Shown here one piece after another: positions 1 to 13,539 of a DNA stretch of 64,000 nt (the stretch's first letter is position 1; each line of letters opens with the position of its first letter). The notes under the pieces are model-generated. The model searched no databases. It had not been told where the DNA came from and saw only the letters and a list, made by a program, of their open reading frames with translations. The translations under genes and the position numbers were made by a program. Origin of the DNA: Octopus vulgaris (Eukaryota); contig OX597822.1 of NCBI GenBank assembly GCA_951406725.2, positions 49,910,001 through 49,974,000 of the forward strand, read 5' to 3'.

Positions 1-109
1 GCAGCTAGCTACCTTCGGAGATACTTATATTGATAGAGAAGAAAAGAAAAAAAAAACGTACGTATATTGTAACGACCATGGATGTATATAAGAAAGTGTT
101 ATGTGTATT

Positions 110-660
110 GATTTTGCTTGTATTTGGACCTATGGAACAAGCTAAATGTTCGATAGGATTTATGTTTGTTTATTGAGTAATTGTGGTGAATTATGAATTA
201 ATATTTGGAAGGCTTCTATTTATTTGTTGTTGCTGTGTACCGAGGATTTCAAAATTGATGAACTGAGCCTCCAAATAATTATAATATATGCTTCGTCTAT
301 AGTCGCTACCCTCTAATTGATTCTGCGTATGAAGATGTCATGTGCTACTCTAGCTATTTCTCTTGGTCAATTTTACCTTTTTTGATAATCTGTTCAGATT
401 TACCTACACTCTCTGCTCTACTTGTATATTATATTTAAGAGTGGGTAATCCTTTATAATGTTCCGGTTGGTTATAAAATGCACAAACGGTCTATGAAAGA
501 GAGTTGGATGTTATCTATGAAGGAGAGTTGGATGTTATCTATGAAGGAGAGTTGGATGTTATCTATGAAGGAGAGTTGGTTGTTATTTCTTTCAATATTA
601 TCTCATTTGTTGGTGTGGTCTGATATATTATTAAGAATGTGTATGTGTTAGTGCTTCCGT
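110..660 (-). mobile_element. Decayed Penelope-like element remnant (RT thumb region and GIY-YIG C-terminus)
   Basis: Minus strand reads ILNNISD...ERNNNQLSFID (like the PLE RT motif FTxExExNNQLxFLD) and, further on across a frameshift, NFEILG...IEAFQI...PQLLNKQ (like PLE GIY-YIG C-termini). Heavily disrupted. Confidence 0.45.
490..585. repeat. 24-bp tandem repeat x4 (tctatgaaggagagttggatgtta)
   Basis: Four near-identical units read directly; encodes QLSFIDNI repeats on the minus strand. Confidence 0.95.
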
Positions 661-2374
661 CTGGGTAAATGTGTATGTTTGGCTACATAAATGTGTATGT
701 TTGGCTACATTTCATACAGGTAGCTGTTAAAATGGCACTCTTTCCAGATCACCTTTATTCAACAGATTTTTTCCATCCTTCTAAGTTAATGCTTAGTACA
801 TAATTCAAATAGAGCAAATAAGAGATGGTGTGGAACTAAATGTATTCGTGTTAACACATTAGCAAATAAATCTAAAGGATGAATCATCGTATGTGATAGG
901 TACGACATGTGTTTATCTTAATTATATTGCTATAAAAGAACAGCCGAAGATGATAAATAGTCTTATCAAGGCATAAATCTGAAATCCTTATTTAATTATT
1001 ATAGATAGCGTTTAGTCCACAAAAAACTGAAAGTAACCATAAATCACTTTGCCGATAGTTAATCGCCTCTTCATTATTTCTTCTTGTTAACCCGATATTA
1101 CGTTTTTATGTTAGTTTCTTGACATTCAAAATGTACATTTGTCGTGGCAAAATAGCAGAATGAATATTTTTGCCGAGATATAACTGGATGACAGTTTTCT
1201 GCAGTTTCATGTTTGTTATTGAATAAGAGCGGGTCTGTCTACATCATTTATCATGTTTTTTTGTCTGACGTTAATATCTTTGTTAACGAAATCATAACAA
1301 CTACAGCAACCAATATTTACAACAAAAGGCAAGAAAAATAATGATAGAACCCTTTTACATTTAACCGCCTTTTAGATTTCGGGCTTGTTATGGTATAGAA
1401 AATCAAACAAAATTTTTGGGGGACTTAAAAGCTTTCTTCCATTAAGGTGATATTTTGTGGGAAACGTTTATCGTTCACTTCTATTAGCTACAGTTCTTTA
1501 GAAACGCCATGATAGGATTGTAGGATCTGCATTTCAATACTACCTCCCCATCAAAGTTAATGTAAAGCATTTCACATTGCAAATCGTATGATTTTCCGCT
1601 TGCTGTTTATAATCTTGTGACGATATATCCCTTTGAAAGTCGCAGTAAAAAAAGATTGATATTATTGCCAGGAATCCAACAGAACTTCAAAGACTATTGT
1701 TCACCATGTTATTCTCTGTCGGAATTTCTCTTTTTTCTTTTAAATTCAAGATCAACATTTTCATCGTAATTCCATCTTCGTTACAGCTGGATGACATTAT
1801 TACTTCCCTGTTTTATTAATAGATTCTATACATCCATTGTGTACACAATTTGATACAGATCATGTGTATTTGATATTCAAAGAGAAAATTATAACAATTA
1901 AATACTGATGAAAGCTTAATTGTGTGGTCAATATTTTTCTGTATAAATTATATTTATAACTTACATTATCCCAAATACACAGGAAAACACAAAATTTAAT
2001 CTAATCATTTTGAAATCCATGCCTAATAGTTATTATCTTTAATTCAACACAAACCCAGAAACTAGGTTCATTAAAATTCAAGGAAACAGTGGAACATGTT
2101 ATGTCGTATAGGAAGTATAGATAACACTTTCTATAATACTACTGTTTTGAGGCTTACTTTTATAGAATGAATAACCTCATAGATTCAAAATGATAATTCC
2201 AATTAGTATTTATAATTTTCAGGAAATGTGCGGAAATTATTTCTGAAGTTGCCTCATTCAACTGTGAAAACATTTCGTTGTGCAAATAGCTTTCCCTTTT
2301 AAACGTCCATTCAGAAATAATAAGATATAGGGCATACCTAAGGAGAAACAATATATAAATGAGCAGAATAGTTT

Positions 2375-2541
2375 TTAACTTTTATTTCTAACTTGTTTTA
2401 GTGATATGTTAACGGCCATGCTGGAGCTCCTCGAGCAAAACGACACCAATACATATTATTTGCAAAACCGCAAAGTTATGGGGACGTAAACAAACCAACA
2501 CCGGTTGCCAAGCAGTTGGATGAAAAGCATAATCATAAAGG

Positions 2542-2596
<55 letters not shown>

Positions 2597-2620
2597 GGAA
2601 TGTAGTTTACAGTTTCCCTA
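2375..2620 (-). mobile_element. Degenerate, internally deleted copy of SINE family A with expanded (CA)n
   Basis: Contains ggccatgctggagc, ggggacgtaaacaaaccaacaccggttg and cagtttcc, matching the full copies at 3161 and 15205. Confidence 0.7.
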
Positions 2621-3160
2621 CCGGTATATTGAATAAAAATGTACTCCGTCATACGAAATATAAATATCGTTCAATAAACACATAATTTGAGCTGCTACAA
2701 GTTTCATGTCCGCCAAGTATCATAAATGATACTTTATAGTGTGTCGTGTCCTAGCCAAAGACCACTCAGGTTAAAGCATTAACAAGGCACGTCCGACCCT
2801 AGCACTATACGAGCATGAAACCTATAGTCGGTTACTCTTAAATCTTGTATTTATTAAATTATTCATATATACACACTCACAGACACACACACACACACAA
2901 ATACATGCACGGGCATAGATATATATTCGTGTGTACCAAAGACATGACGTACTAATAAAATACCGGCATGCGTGCCACATGTCGTTTCTGCTTAGTTCAA
3001 AGACAATGAAATAGATTCATCCATAAACTTGAGTAGCAATAATCTGACCGGAAGCTCTATTATATTGCATGTGCGTGTTTGTATAGATGTGTGAAATGTC
3101 TGTGTGTGCAGAGGGTGTATGTGCGCACGAACAACGGTATATATAAATGTTTATCCCATA

Positions 3161-3559
3161 TACTCTCTCTCTTTTTTACTTGTTTCAGTCATTTGACTGG
3201 GGTCATGCTGGAGCACCGCCTTTAATCGAGCAACTCGACCCCGGGACTTATTCTTTGTAAGCCCAGTACTTACTCTATCGGTCTCTTTTGCCGAACGGCT
3301 AAGTGACGGGGACATAAACGCACCAGCATCGGTTGTCAAGCAATGCTAGGGGGCACAAACACAAACATGCACGCACATATATGTATACATATATACGACG
3401 GGCTTCTTTCAGTTTCCGTCTACCAAATCCACTCACAAGGCTTTGGTCGGCCCGAGGCAATAGTAGAAGACACTTGCCCAAGGTGTCATGCAGTGGGACT
3501 GAACCCGGAACCATGTGGTTGGTAAACAAGCTACTTACCACACAGCCGCTCCTGCGCCT
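3161..3559 (-). mobile_element. tRNA-derived CORE-like SINE (family A), full length
   Basis: Minus strand begins aggcgcaggagcggctgtgtggtaag (A-box-like), then GGTTCAGTCCC (B-box-like) and accttgggcaagtgtctt (CORE-domain-like); internal CA/TA tract; gagta-type tail; near-identical copy at 15205. Confidence 0.9.
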
Positions 3560-4402
3560 ATGAACATGCGTGCTAATATACTTGTGATTATTCACAATAT
3601 GTGTGTAAATTGATATCACATCAATGTTCTTCAAACTATCTTTTTTTCCCGCAAAACACGCTGGGCGTGAAATTCCAAAAGGCCAAACTCACCTTTCTGT
3701 CTCAAACCTATATTTTAAAACTTATTTTGGTTACACTTTGTTTCTCTCTTCTTATTAACCATATGTTTTACATTACTGATTTCAATTCATTTATTTATCC
3801 ACTTATTCTATTATTCATCTAAATTGATATCAAACTGGTCAACCTTCCTCTCTTTGGAAATTAGCTCTATCTTCGCACCCATATCTTCCTTGGGCATCAA
3901 CTTCGTTGCCGAATCAATTATATTATTCTGATTTTATTTGACATACATTTTCGTTCTGTTCGATTTTAACTCTAGTGTATTTATACACACATTCTTCCTC
4001 TGACTTTGTATTGTTCAATGATCGTTGGGCCCGTAACGTAAATTAGAACATTCTCAGTGCGTCCATTGCCAGTTGATATATATATGTAGCTTAGTCTCTG
4101 TAGTACTGTTGAGTTTTCCAACCACAATGCACAATTTTGAGGATTAGGTTTTTGGTCCCCATATCACCCCCCTCTATATACATAGGTACACACACATATT
4201 ATTTATTTATATAAACTTTTATGTGTATATTTTACATCTGTGCTAATACTGATATAACTAAAAGGATTATGAAATACTGTAAATGACTGGAATAAACATC
4301 ATCTCCCTCACAATCTTTCTCTTATCTGTTCACTATCCCTTTCGCACCCCTTCTCTCTCCGTATATACATACATACATATATATAGATATATACACGTGA
4401 AG

Positions 4403-4583
4403 TATATTTGCCACTTAAATGTGGCTAGCCCTTAAGCGTGGATGCTACTGTAGCTTGTAGCCCCAGGAGGACACCTCCTCCAGCTGGCTATCGACACACT
4501 TTCTGGAGGAGGTGTCCTCCTGGAGCTACAAGCTACAGTGGCATCCACCCTTAAGGGTTAGCCACATTTAAGTGGAAAATATA
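4403..4583. repeat. Inverted repeat with 81-bp arms and 19-bp spacer
   Basis: 4403-4483 equals the reverse complement of 4503-4583 with 5 mismatches by manual alignment. Confidence 0.95.
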
Positions 4584-4650
4584 TGTCACGATGTCGTGCA
4601 GCTACTGTGTATACCTGGCTCAGAGATTTATTATTGGTTTTATATATATA

Positions 4651-4780
4651 CGTTCTCAGTTCTAATTCCGCCGAGGTCGGCTTTGCCTTTCATCCTTTCG
4701 GGGTCGATAAATTACGTACCAGTTGAGTACTGGGGTAGATCTCCCACAAAACCTCGGGCCTTGTTGCTAGAGTAGAAAAT
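4651..4780 (+). mobile_element. 5'-truncated SINE family B
   Basis: ttccgccgaggtcggctttgcctttcatcctttcggggtcgataaa...ctagagtagaaaa matches the full copy at 61963. Confidence 0.85.
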
Positions 4781-5653
4781 ATATATATATATCAGCATGC
4801 AGCAGGTTGCAGCGTTGTTGTTTTCTGGCAAATACTAATTGCAAAGCATTGATCAATCCAAGTAAAATAGCAAAATATACTCGCCCAAGTTTGGGCGCAA
4901 TATGATCGAACATAGAATTACGAGGTTGTAAATTAAGTGTTTTGTGCATTGAAACTGACCTGCGCCCACTTAATGTCACAGTAAAAACATTGACTGGGAA
5001 AGAGAATACGAGGAAATGCATACTACATCTCTTAGAAACAACTACACTACAGAGTATTTACCAATGTACTTGCTCACAGATATTTCTCTGTTCTTTCATT
5101 TATAATTATCTAATTGATTATGCTTTCAGCTAATACACTTAGAAGACTATTCAGCAATCATTGAGTGAGATCATTTGGAATTTTACCAAACTAATGTCAA
5201 TACCTTTGCTGTTCAATGATTTGAAGTATTGTTTTAATGATTATTTCTTCTTTGTCATTATTTACTGGACTTTCTTTTACTAGCGGCTTATCGAATGGAA
5301 AGCGTCAAACATAAATTCAGAAAGAAAATTATTGGTTTTGTTTTACGTTTGTCTTTTATCAATCCACTCATGAGCACTTACTATAGATTTGGGAAGCTTG
5401 TATATGTCATATTGCTTTAGGCGTAAGGCAAGTAATTAACTGACATAAATAGTTGTATATTTAATGTAAGCAATTTGCAGCTCAACAATGCATTGAATAT
5501 TATTGACATTGTATGGGTATGACAATGTAGAATTTATGAGACAAAATACTTCATATATGTTGTAGGCTGGCTTTAAATAGAAATATATTTTTCTAGACAT
5601 GGTTATATCACTGGCTAGGGGCCAAAAATTCAAAGATAGACTGAGATGTCACA

Positions 5654-5716
<63 letters not shown>

Positions 5717-5740
5717 TCATACACATACACACACACAAAT
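5654..5740. repeat. (CA)n microsatellite
   Basis: Direct reading. Confidence 0.95.
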
Positions 5741-6645
5741 ACAGACACGCGTGCACTCTCACACTGACCCACAAAAACACACTCACGCTGAAACATGTAT
5801 ATGTATAAGTCTAACACAAATCACTACTTTTTCTTCACATGTCTTAGTTACCTAGAGTCATGGTAGGGCAACGCTGTGCTGATGACACTTATGGAAGGAA
5901 AATCACACGATAAATTTCTCTTATCTCAAATGAAATAAATTGTCCTGCTGTAATAAACATATACATTCGCAAAATTTATTCACTGCACGAAAATATCCCA
6001 CCTTCTTTCTCACGGTCAGTTGCAATCGCTGGTAGAGCAGAGGTTATATATTTTGCCAGTCTACATATATTAGAATTTCCATTAAATTCATTGCAGACTA
6101 CTTCCAGGATATGAATATTTTTTCTGAAGCAAACTTTCAAGACACACCATTCTTTATTCACTACAAACACTATATATGCAGAAATTCTCACCAATGCATA
6201 TGATACTAGTAGAGGTACCAAGGCTTCGGTTTAGTAACACCTAAAGTATATAAAATCATATGAATTCACTCTATTTTAGATATATCGTTTAAAGTGGTGG
6301 TAACAATAGTAAATTTTACAAGAAACATTTCAAGTTGATTTTCATAATATTGTACAAAACTGATATTCGTTATATTGGGGAAAGAAAAAGATCTCATTCA
6401 TCTAAAAAATATATATTTCTTTAAAAAACCCATGTTTTTCGGAATAAATTCTATATGTATATTACTGCCTGATGCAGTACCCAATTGAAGTTATAGAATC
6501 GTTTGACATGTCACAACATGAAACTAATAGTAGCACGTAGAAACAAATATATTGTTTATTAAATCATACATTTCTCTCACCAGATGGAGTACTTTTTGCT
6601 GTTGATCTTACCATCACGGAATTGTACTCTCTTTCTCTATCTTTC

Positions 6646-6654
<9 letters not shown>

Positions 6655-6736
<82 letters not shown>
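6655..6736. repeat. Compound (CT)n(AT)n microsatellite
   Basis: Direct reading. Confidence 0.95.
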
Positions 6737-6739
<3 letters not shown>

Positions 6740-8527
6740 CCGCACATAGTCAATGCGATGTATGTGTTTTGTCTGTTCGCCTTCTCATTGCGAAAAGTAT
6801 CTCAGTGTACGGCTTATTAAAACACTTGCAACGTGATTGAATAAAATCGGGGACGGACTGAATCAACAGTGTATTCCTACATATAAATAAATAGTCTAGT
6901 GTAAAAGCTATTTGCTGGTCTTCTACGACGATACATACGTAAGATTAAATCCAGTAACTTATTAAAATATTATCGACCACACATATTCAGTGCGCGTTTT
7001 TTCATTGTTCGACGGTTCCTCGCGGTAAAGCATCCCTCATTGCACTGCTTGTTAAGACACATGAAATCCATAGTCAGTGGAGACAAAATACTTTCAGAAA
7101 CTACTTGCACAATATCTTTTCCATTTTTGTTACACTAATTCTTATTAAGGTCAATGTTTTTTGAAAACATCTTGAAGCCTTCAATGAACCTCAATTGTCT
7201 TTCGATTTTAAATTGTGGAATACACTGACCTAATTCTCTTTTCAAAACAGCCTAGAAAAATACAAGAAAAAAAGTTCCTGGTATTGAATTAGTTACATTA
7301 GTGGAAACGTTACCAATATTGACTCTACCGCGGCCAATTAAGTTTTACACGTCAATTACTGGTTACTAAATTATAAACAATTCCGGGTGAACCTGTGACT
7401 ATATTGGAAATCATTGTTTTACATTAGATTTCAAATATCTTGTCTTAATGAATTAATCTGCATCTTGCTGGTGCTTGTGGAGTTATTGAAGTTAACCCAT
7501 TAATGATCCGGTATATTACGTTTCACTTTTTCACACAAATTACAAACATGCAAAATATTTTATTATGCAGTGTTCGCATTTTGAAAAGCGGAAAATTAAC
7601 GAGGGAAACTGATTAGGTATTAGAAGTTAGCAAATTGAATATTTTAAGAGCCAATTTAAGAGCCAGTTTAAGAGCCAGGTTTACGAGCTAAAGCATAACT
7701 TGATGTTGCTCATTCATTCATATTTGACAAAATAAGTTGCTCAATGCCTAGCATTTATGCATACACCTTCCATTACTTAAGTACATAATCATTCTTGTAT
7801 TCTCATATTGCTCGGTGTTCTAGGTATTTTTATACACAATTTCACGGATTAATTTCACGGAACGGATTAAGGCATAATATAGACTTCAATATCAATCCAT
7901 CATAGGAAGGAACAAATTGTAATGAAAATAGTTCAAATGGATGAGGGCAAGTAATTGGAAAAAATGTGTGTTACTTGATAAATTTAAAAGGCATACAGAA
8001 GATGTAGAGTAGAGGAGCACTGTGTTTGATTTGATATTAGGACTAAAATGAAAACAAAATCCTTGATCTTCAAAGTAAGATAACAAAACACTCAACTGTA
8101 TATAGTATTGGAATATAACACACAAAGAATATAAAACATGTATAGCATAGGGAAACGACTCAGGTCTGATGAATTCACTTATATTAAAACACAAATGTAT
8201 GCCAGAATATATTGCTGAAATTATAGCTTGTAAGGTCAAATATGTTTTTTCCATGCACCTATTTGTAGTATCACTTAGAGCATTTATAATTATGATAGAG
8301 AGGAAGAAATTACATTACGAAATATGTTGTTACACCATAAGATACGATATAAATTTCAAAACAAACGAAACATAAACGCTTAAAAGTACTAAGACACGCG
8401 AGGTAACCCCAACTACCAGTCACAAAAGTATTGGACTCGACTTTACAACATTTGAAGTTGCATAGACTAGGAGTAGACTTATGCTCACATAATCGTAAGG
8501 TATGATTTTGATGACTGCTCACAGGGA

Positions 8528-8528
<1 letters not shown>

Positions 8529-8584
<56 letters not shown>

Positions 8585-8662
8585 GTTGTTATTATTATTA
8601 TTGTTGTTGTTTTTGTTGCTATCATCATCATCCTCATTATTATTATTATTATTATTATTATT
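8529..8662. repeat. (ATT)n/(GTT)/(CAT) trinucleotide tract, tail or target of the adjacent R4/Dong-like fragment
   Basis: Direct reading. Confidence 0.9.
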
Positions 8663-8811
8663 TCTTATACGCACAACGGATTAGACTGTTGAAAGAGAAA
8701 AATTCCTAACATCAGACTACAACATGTAAACTTAGATGACAAAAACTCTCCTAAGTATTCTAGCTGTCCCTAATAACACTGCTTTCTGGAGCTGTACTAA
8801 ATTAGGTCTTA
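8663..8811 (-). mobile_element. R4/Dong-like non-LTR retrotransposon 3' end, copy 1
   Basis: Minus strand encodes RPNLVQLQKAVLLGTARILRRVFVI-stop (typical R4/Dong/Rex6 C-terminus), then a short 3' UTR running into (AAT)n. Confidence 0.75.
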
Positions 8812-8834
8812 TGATAATTATTATTATTATTATT

Positions 8835-9040
8835 CATGTACACTCAACAGATTAGACTGCTGGAAAAGAAAAGAAACCTAACATCGGGCTACAACAATTT
8901 GCCTTAGATGCCAAGAAACCTCCTAACGGGTTACATCAAGTAAGCTTAGATGCCAAGAACCCTTCTAAGTATCCTAGTTGTCCTTAATAACGCTGTTTTA
9001 TGCAACTGTACAGAACTGGGTTTGATACCTATGTCCTATA
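8835..9040 (-). mobile_element. R4/Dong-like non-LTR retrotransposon 3' end, copy 2
   Basis: Minus strand encodes DIGIKPSSVQLHKTALLRTTRILRRVLGI-stop; 3' UTR homologous to copy 1; ends in (AAT)n at 8815-8834. Confidence 0.75.
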
Positions 9041-10059
9041 TCCATCTATTATTATATAGTAATACTAACATCGATATAAATAATATTCATACATACTTAC
9101 GGAATGCATAGAATCAACGTAAACAACATAAATAGTCACAATGCTTATGAAAGATGTAAGACTACAATCTCGTTTACTAACTCGAAGCGTAAGTAATTGC
9201 AGCCAGTGAAAAATGTGTCAACACAACGAAAGCCTGCAAGCAACTGATAAGTTGCCTCCTGAAATAAATCCTCAAATTTCTGGTCAATGTTCCTAATCGG
9301 TTGACATAAGACTCTCTCTTTCGCTTTCAGTAAAATACTAAAGTAGTCAGATTATACATCCGACTGGTTACAAAGACAAAATACAAAACAATATTAATTC
9401 GACCACAATAAAATCAAAACGCAGCATTTCTTTCAACTACATATGTTTACCAAGAATATATATAAAGCACTTGCGTCTATACATTTCCTTCAGACTGGTT
9501 GATCTCTAGAAATATAATTTCTTACCAGTGTCGGAAGGAGATGTATACATTCAAAGCACTACTATTGTTAAACGGAATAGATACTGTAAACAGCACAAAA
9601 GCAAAGACAAACACAAAGAAGCACAAAAACGAAACATAACATGAATTGATAGCAGAAAAACGTTGAAAGGTTACTCTTTATTTTTCTGTTATCAGTTCTA
9701 TCGTAGCTATGGGAAATATTGTGCATAAGCAAACATTTCCAATACGATTATAAAATGTCTGTCTATTAACCTCATCTTTGCAGAGGAAATTTTCAAAAAT
9801 ATTCATATGCATACTTTCTTTTCGAAGGGGTTTCTGTTATCATCATCGGGTGATATAATTGGAGACAGTAACAGCATAGAACCAAACTAGGGATCTAGAA
9901 CATATGGTAATGGTCCATGGATGAGAGCTCTATTTTGTCACGTTAACTATAAAGATCCCTAGTTGAAATTAAGTCTCGTACTGTCAGTCCACCTAGGAAT
10001 AAGGCATGTCATAGTTCCAGAGTTCAGACGGATTTAAACGTTGAGTTATAATTAATAGA

Positions 10060-10795
10060 AGGCAACCCCCAGCATCTGCAGCGGGGCCCGACAGTATGTG
10101 TTGGTTTACCCCCGCAGCATCATGCTGGTTCTGTACCCCTTTGAGCAACATCAAATTCACTCATCCATTCACAATCACTCTCCAAAGCTGCCCTATCATT
10201 TATAAACTCTCTTGCGTCTCTCACTCCAATTCGCCTCTCTCCGTCCCCCACATCTCTGCACCATATAACATTGTGGGCATAGCCATGCCCACATACACAC
10301 GTCTTTTCGCTTTCATACTCAATCTTTTTTCTCTCTGCATACTTTTCATAACTCCAAGTATCTTACTCCCCTCCCTCAGTCAAACCCCATCTGCCGTCAA
10401 ATCTGATCCCAGATACTTAAAAACACTCACCTCTTGTACCCTCACACCATTTATACTCGCATTCATCCTACCAGTTATTCCATCTCTCACACTCTTCCAA
10501 ATTCTGCCACCAGTCTCCACAGTTGCTCTTCCGAATCCGTCACCAGTGCTGTATCATCAGCATGCAACAACTAACTCACTGGCCATTTCTCTCTGTTTTC
10601 TCCCACCATTTTAGCTCCCCTACCAAAGTCATTTACCTCACTCACCACAGCATCCACATATAAATTAAACAACGACGGAGACATCACACAACCACATCTT
10701 CACATCCAACCACAGACTTCACCACCCAACCTAACGCACGCCCTACTTTATAAAAACAGTACACCTCTCAACAATCTACCACATGTTCCATGCAT
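10060..10795 (-). mobile_element. RTE-like LINE reverse transcriptase fragment (pseudogenised)
   Basis: Minus strand: GCVMSPSLFNLYVDAVVSEV, LLHADDTALVTDSEEQLWRLVAEFGRV, VQEVSVFKYLGSDLTADG, SMKAKRRVYVGMAMPTMLYGAEMW; frameshifts and deletions. Confidence 0.9.
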
Positions 10796-11306
10796 ATATA
10801 TATTCATATTTAATATTTGCTCAATTAATATGCCATTCTCTCGCGAGCTGAAACTAGTAAAGAAACACACACACACATTTATGGTTCTAAAACAGATGAA
10901 AAGGCAGAATAATTTTACATAATGTTTCTGATGCCTAAAATAAAACCGGCGTTAAGCATTCAAATTGAATATCCACTGCTTGTTTAATGTGACCTATTTA
11001 GTAAAGTGACTTACTATAGATTGCACGATTTGATTTTACCTATCTTCTGTATGACATTTTAAAGACGTATTTTTGTAATTTACTGCCTTGTGTTAACAAC
11101 AATGCGCTCATTTTTTTTTCATTACATATGCTTAATTATTATTTTTTTTTTTGCTTTTTACTTTACATTTGTTTTTATTCTTCCTCTATCCGTGATCAAT
11201 AAAGTAGTTGACGAATCAGGATAGCTAAACTTTTATCCACTGGCATTGAAAACTTTTACGACAAAACATGGAACAAGAAAAATAACGCTTAGAATAAAAG
11301 ATATAT

Positions 11307-11366
<60 letters not shown>

Positions 11367-13270
11367 AGAGAGAGAGAGAGATGTATGTATATATATATAT
11401 ACATATATATATATATGGATGGGTGTTTGTGCTTGAGGTTAAATAAATTTACACATACGCGCAAGCTCATATACACATCGTAGAGATGTGTTTCCTTCGC
11501 ATATATGTTTACTCGTTAATTTCTGCATAGTTCTCGTTTAAGTATAGTGTTCTTTGTATACTTGTGTTTTCTGCTAGCACAATAGTTTTTAGACATCGTC
11601 ATATATCTCAGTTGGTCTTAAATACCTTATGATTTATCTATAAGTTCAATATAATAGACATTACCACAATGACATTGAACTTCACTTTTAAAACAATCAA
11701 AATCTCTTGACCTTGTTTTTTGTTGTTTGGTATCTCGCCCCATATGAAAACTTTAAATCCTTTACGAATCACTGATTTAACGGATAGTTGAGTAAAGATC
11801 TGAAAATTTACGCTCAGAAATTTTACGTGAGAACCATTCTCCTTTTCTTACGCATCCGCTTCTCATACTTATTCTCCGGAAGGGAATATAAAATTTTTTC
11901 ACCCGTCTAGATGTTAAATTGCTTTAAGGGAGTTCATTCCTTATATATCTGCCCAGATAATACAATATTAATAGAGACATTAAAATATGAATGGATACAA
12001 TTCCAAATGAAATAACTGAAATGACAGAAAATAATTTTCCAAACATAGGCAGCAATTCTGTATTTTTTGCTGAAGGTTTTTCATATTGAATAATGAGTAT
12101 TTCACACAAATGATTTTAATTGTCTGCTGGTGTCTAGACAAATTTCACTCTAGCCGAGTGTGAACAATATTAATTACAATACTGTGAAAGGAATTTGACA
12201 AACATTCATGGAATTAACGATTTTTAAAATTATTACCGCTCTATACCATTTAGCATATTAATTGAAACCAAGCAATTGTGCTTTCATGTGATCCCTTGAT
12301 ATGCTAGAAATAGCAAAGAATCACTGCCCCTTCGCTCATATTACTGTTTTACATAAGGGAGGAAGGATGAAAAATGAAAAGTGAGAGAATTTTCGGAGCT
12401 AGAACAAATTGTCACACGCGTCTGTTCTGCCCGGCATGATGTGATGTTAAATTGAAACAGCGAGCTACATGTAAAAAAAATGCTATGTTGTATTCAAACG
12501 GAATTTGAACGCAAGGGTACAGACTAACAAAATACTGCTTCATTTCACAGTGGAAATATTGCCTGTAAACGTCTAGCGGTATTTGCACAATGGTAAATAG
12601 GTGTTTACATGTGAAAGTCGCCATTCGGTTTGAAGTGACACATTTACTTCTAGAGCAGCACCCAGGTTACTCTTCTGCAGATAGATGCTCGTACTATTGA
12701 TTCGCTCACTTGTTCTCCTAACAGACTGATTACATATTGAATTTAAATATCGGAACAATCACAGTATTCCATTTTTGTACAAATATTGAAAAGATTTAAT
12801 CTAGGTTTGTGAGCAAAAATGAAAACAGCCGTGTCTTGATAGAGGGATAGTTGACATTTGAAAAACATTGATCTGAAAAACACATTCCTTTAATGCTCTT
12901 TAGTCATATGTTTTATCTACCCCAAGGTATAATATCGCAGATTTACTAACAGATCACTGGCATTTTAACAATATAAAGTTACTATACAGTGAGTGCACAA
13001 TTGAAGCAGACATGTAGAAACATATTTGCTAAGCGTATCGAATATACTGGTGTTTACACTATCATTCAATCAGTTGAAGCCCGCAAAAAACCTTCAAGTC
13101 GTGTACATGAATATGTACCAATCAAAATCATCAGATTGTATTAGAATGCTTGAACGCCAGGTTACTGTAGATAATATGATGGTATAATCGATTCCGTTTA
13201 TTGCAATTTATTGTCAGTAAAACCCTTTTTTGCAACGAATGTTCGTACACAGCACAATTATAATGAGTTA

Positions 13271-13376
<106 letters not shown>

Positions 13377-13487
13377 TGTGTGTTTATATGAGGATAGCGT
13401 GGTGTATAACGCAGCTTCATATGAGAATATAAACGAATCAAATATGATTAAATAAAGATCACAATTACACACATACATACATACACA

Positions 13488-13539
<52 letters not shown>

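Noticed and set aside
490-585. CRISPR-like array
   Set aside because: Contiguous tandem units without spacers, in eukaryotic DNA.
5874-5910. ctgatga...gaaa spacing (similar strings at 8166, 19065-19090 and 56950)
   Set aside because: Stems I-III cannot be formed convincingly; expected by chance.
6097-6203. Possible exon after tgcag (YFQDMNIFSEANFQDTPFF...), and a donor-like AAG/GTAAGA at 36460
   Set aside because: Isolated splice-like signals with no recognisable protein or partner exons; needs RNA-seq.
6737-7400. Possible Helitron-like non-autonomous element
   Set aside because: Only a vague resemblance at the 5' end; no clear 3' hairpin plus CTRR terminus.
10096-10614. 172-aa plus-strand ORF
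   Set aside because: Antisense shadow of the RTE reverse transcriptase fragment.
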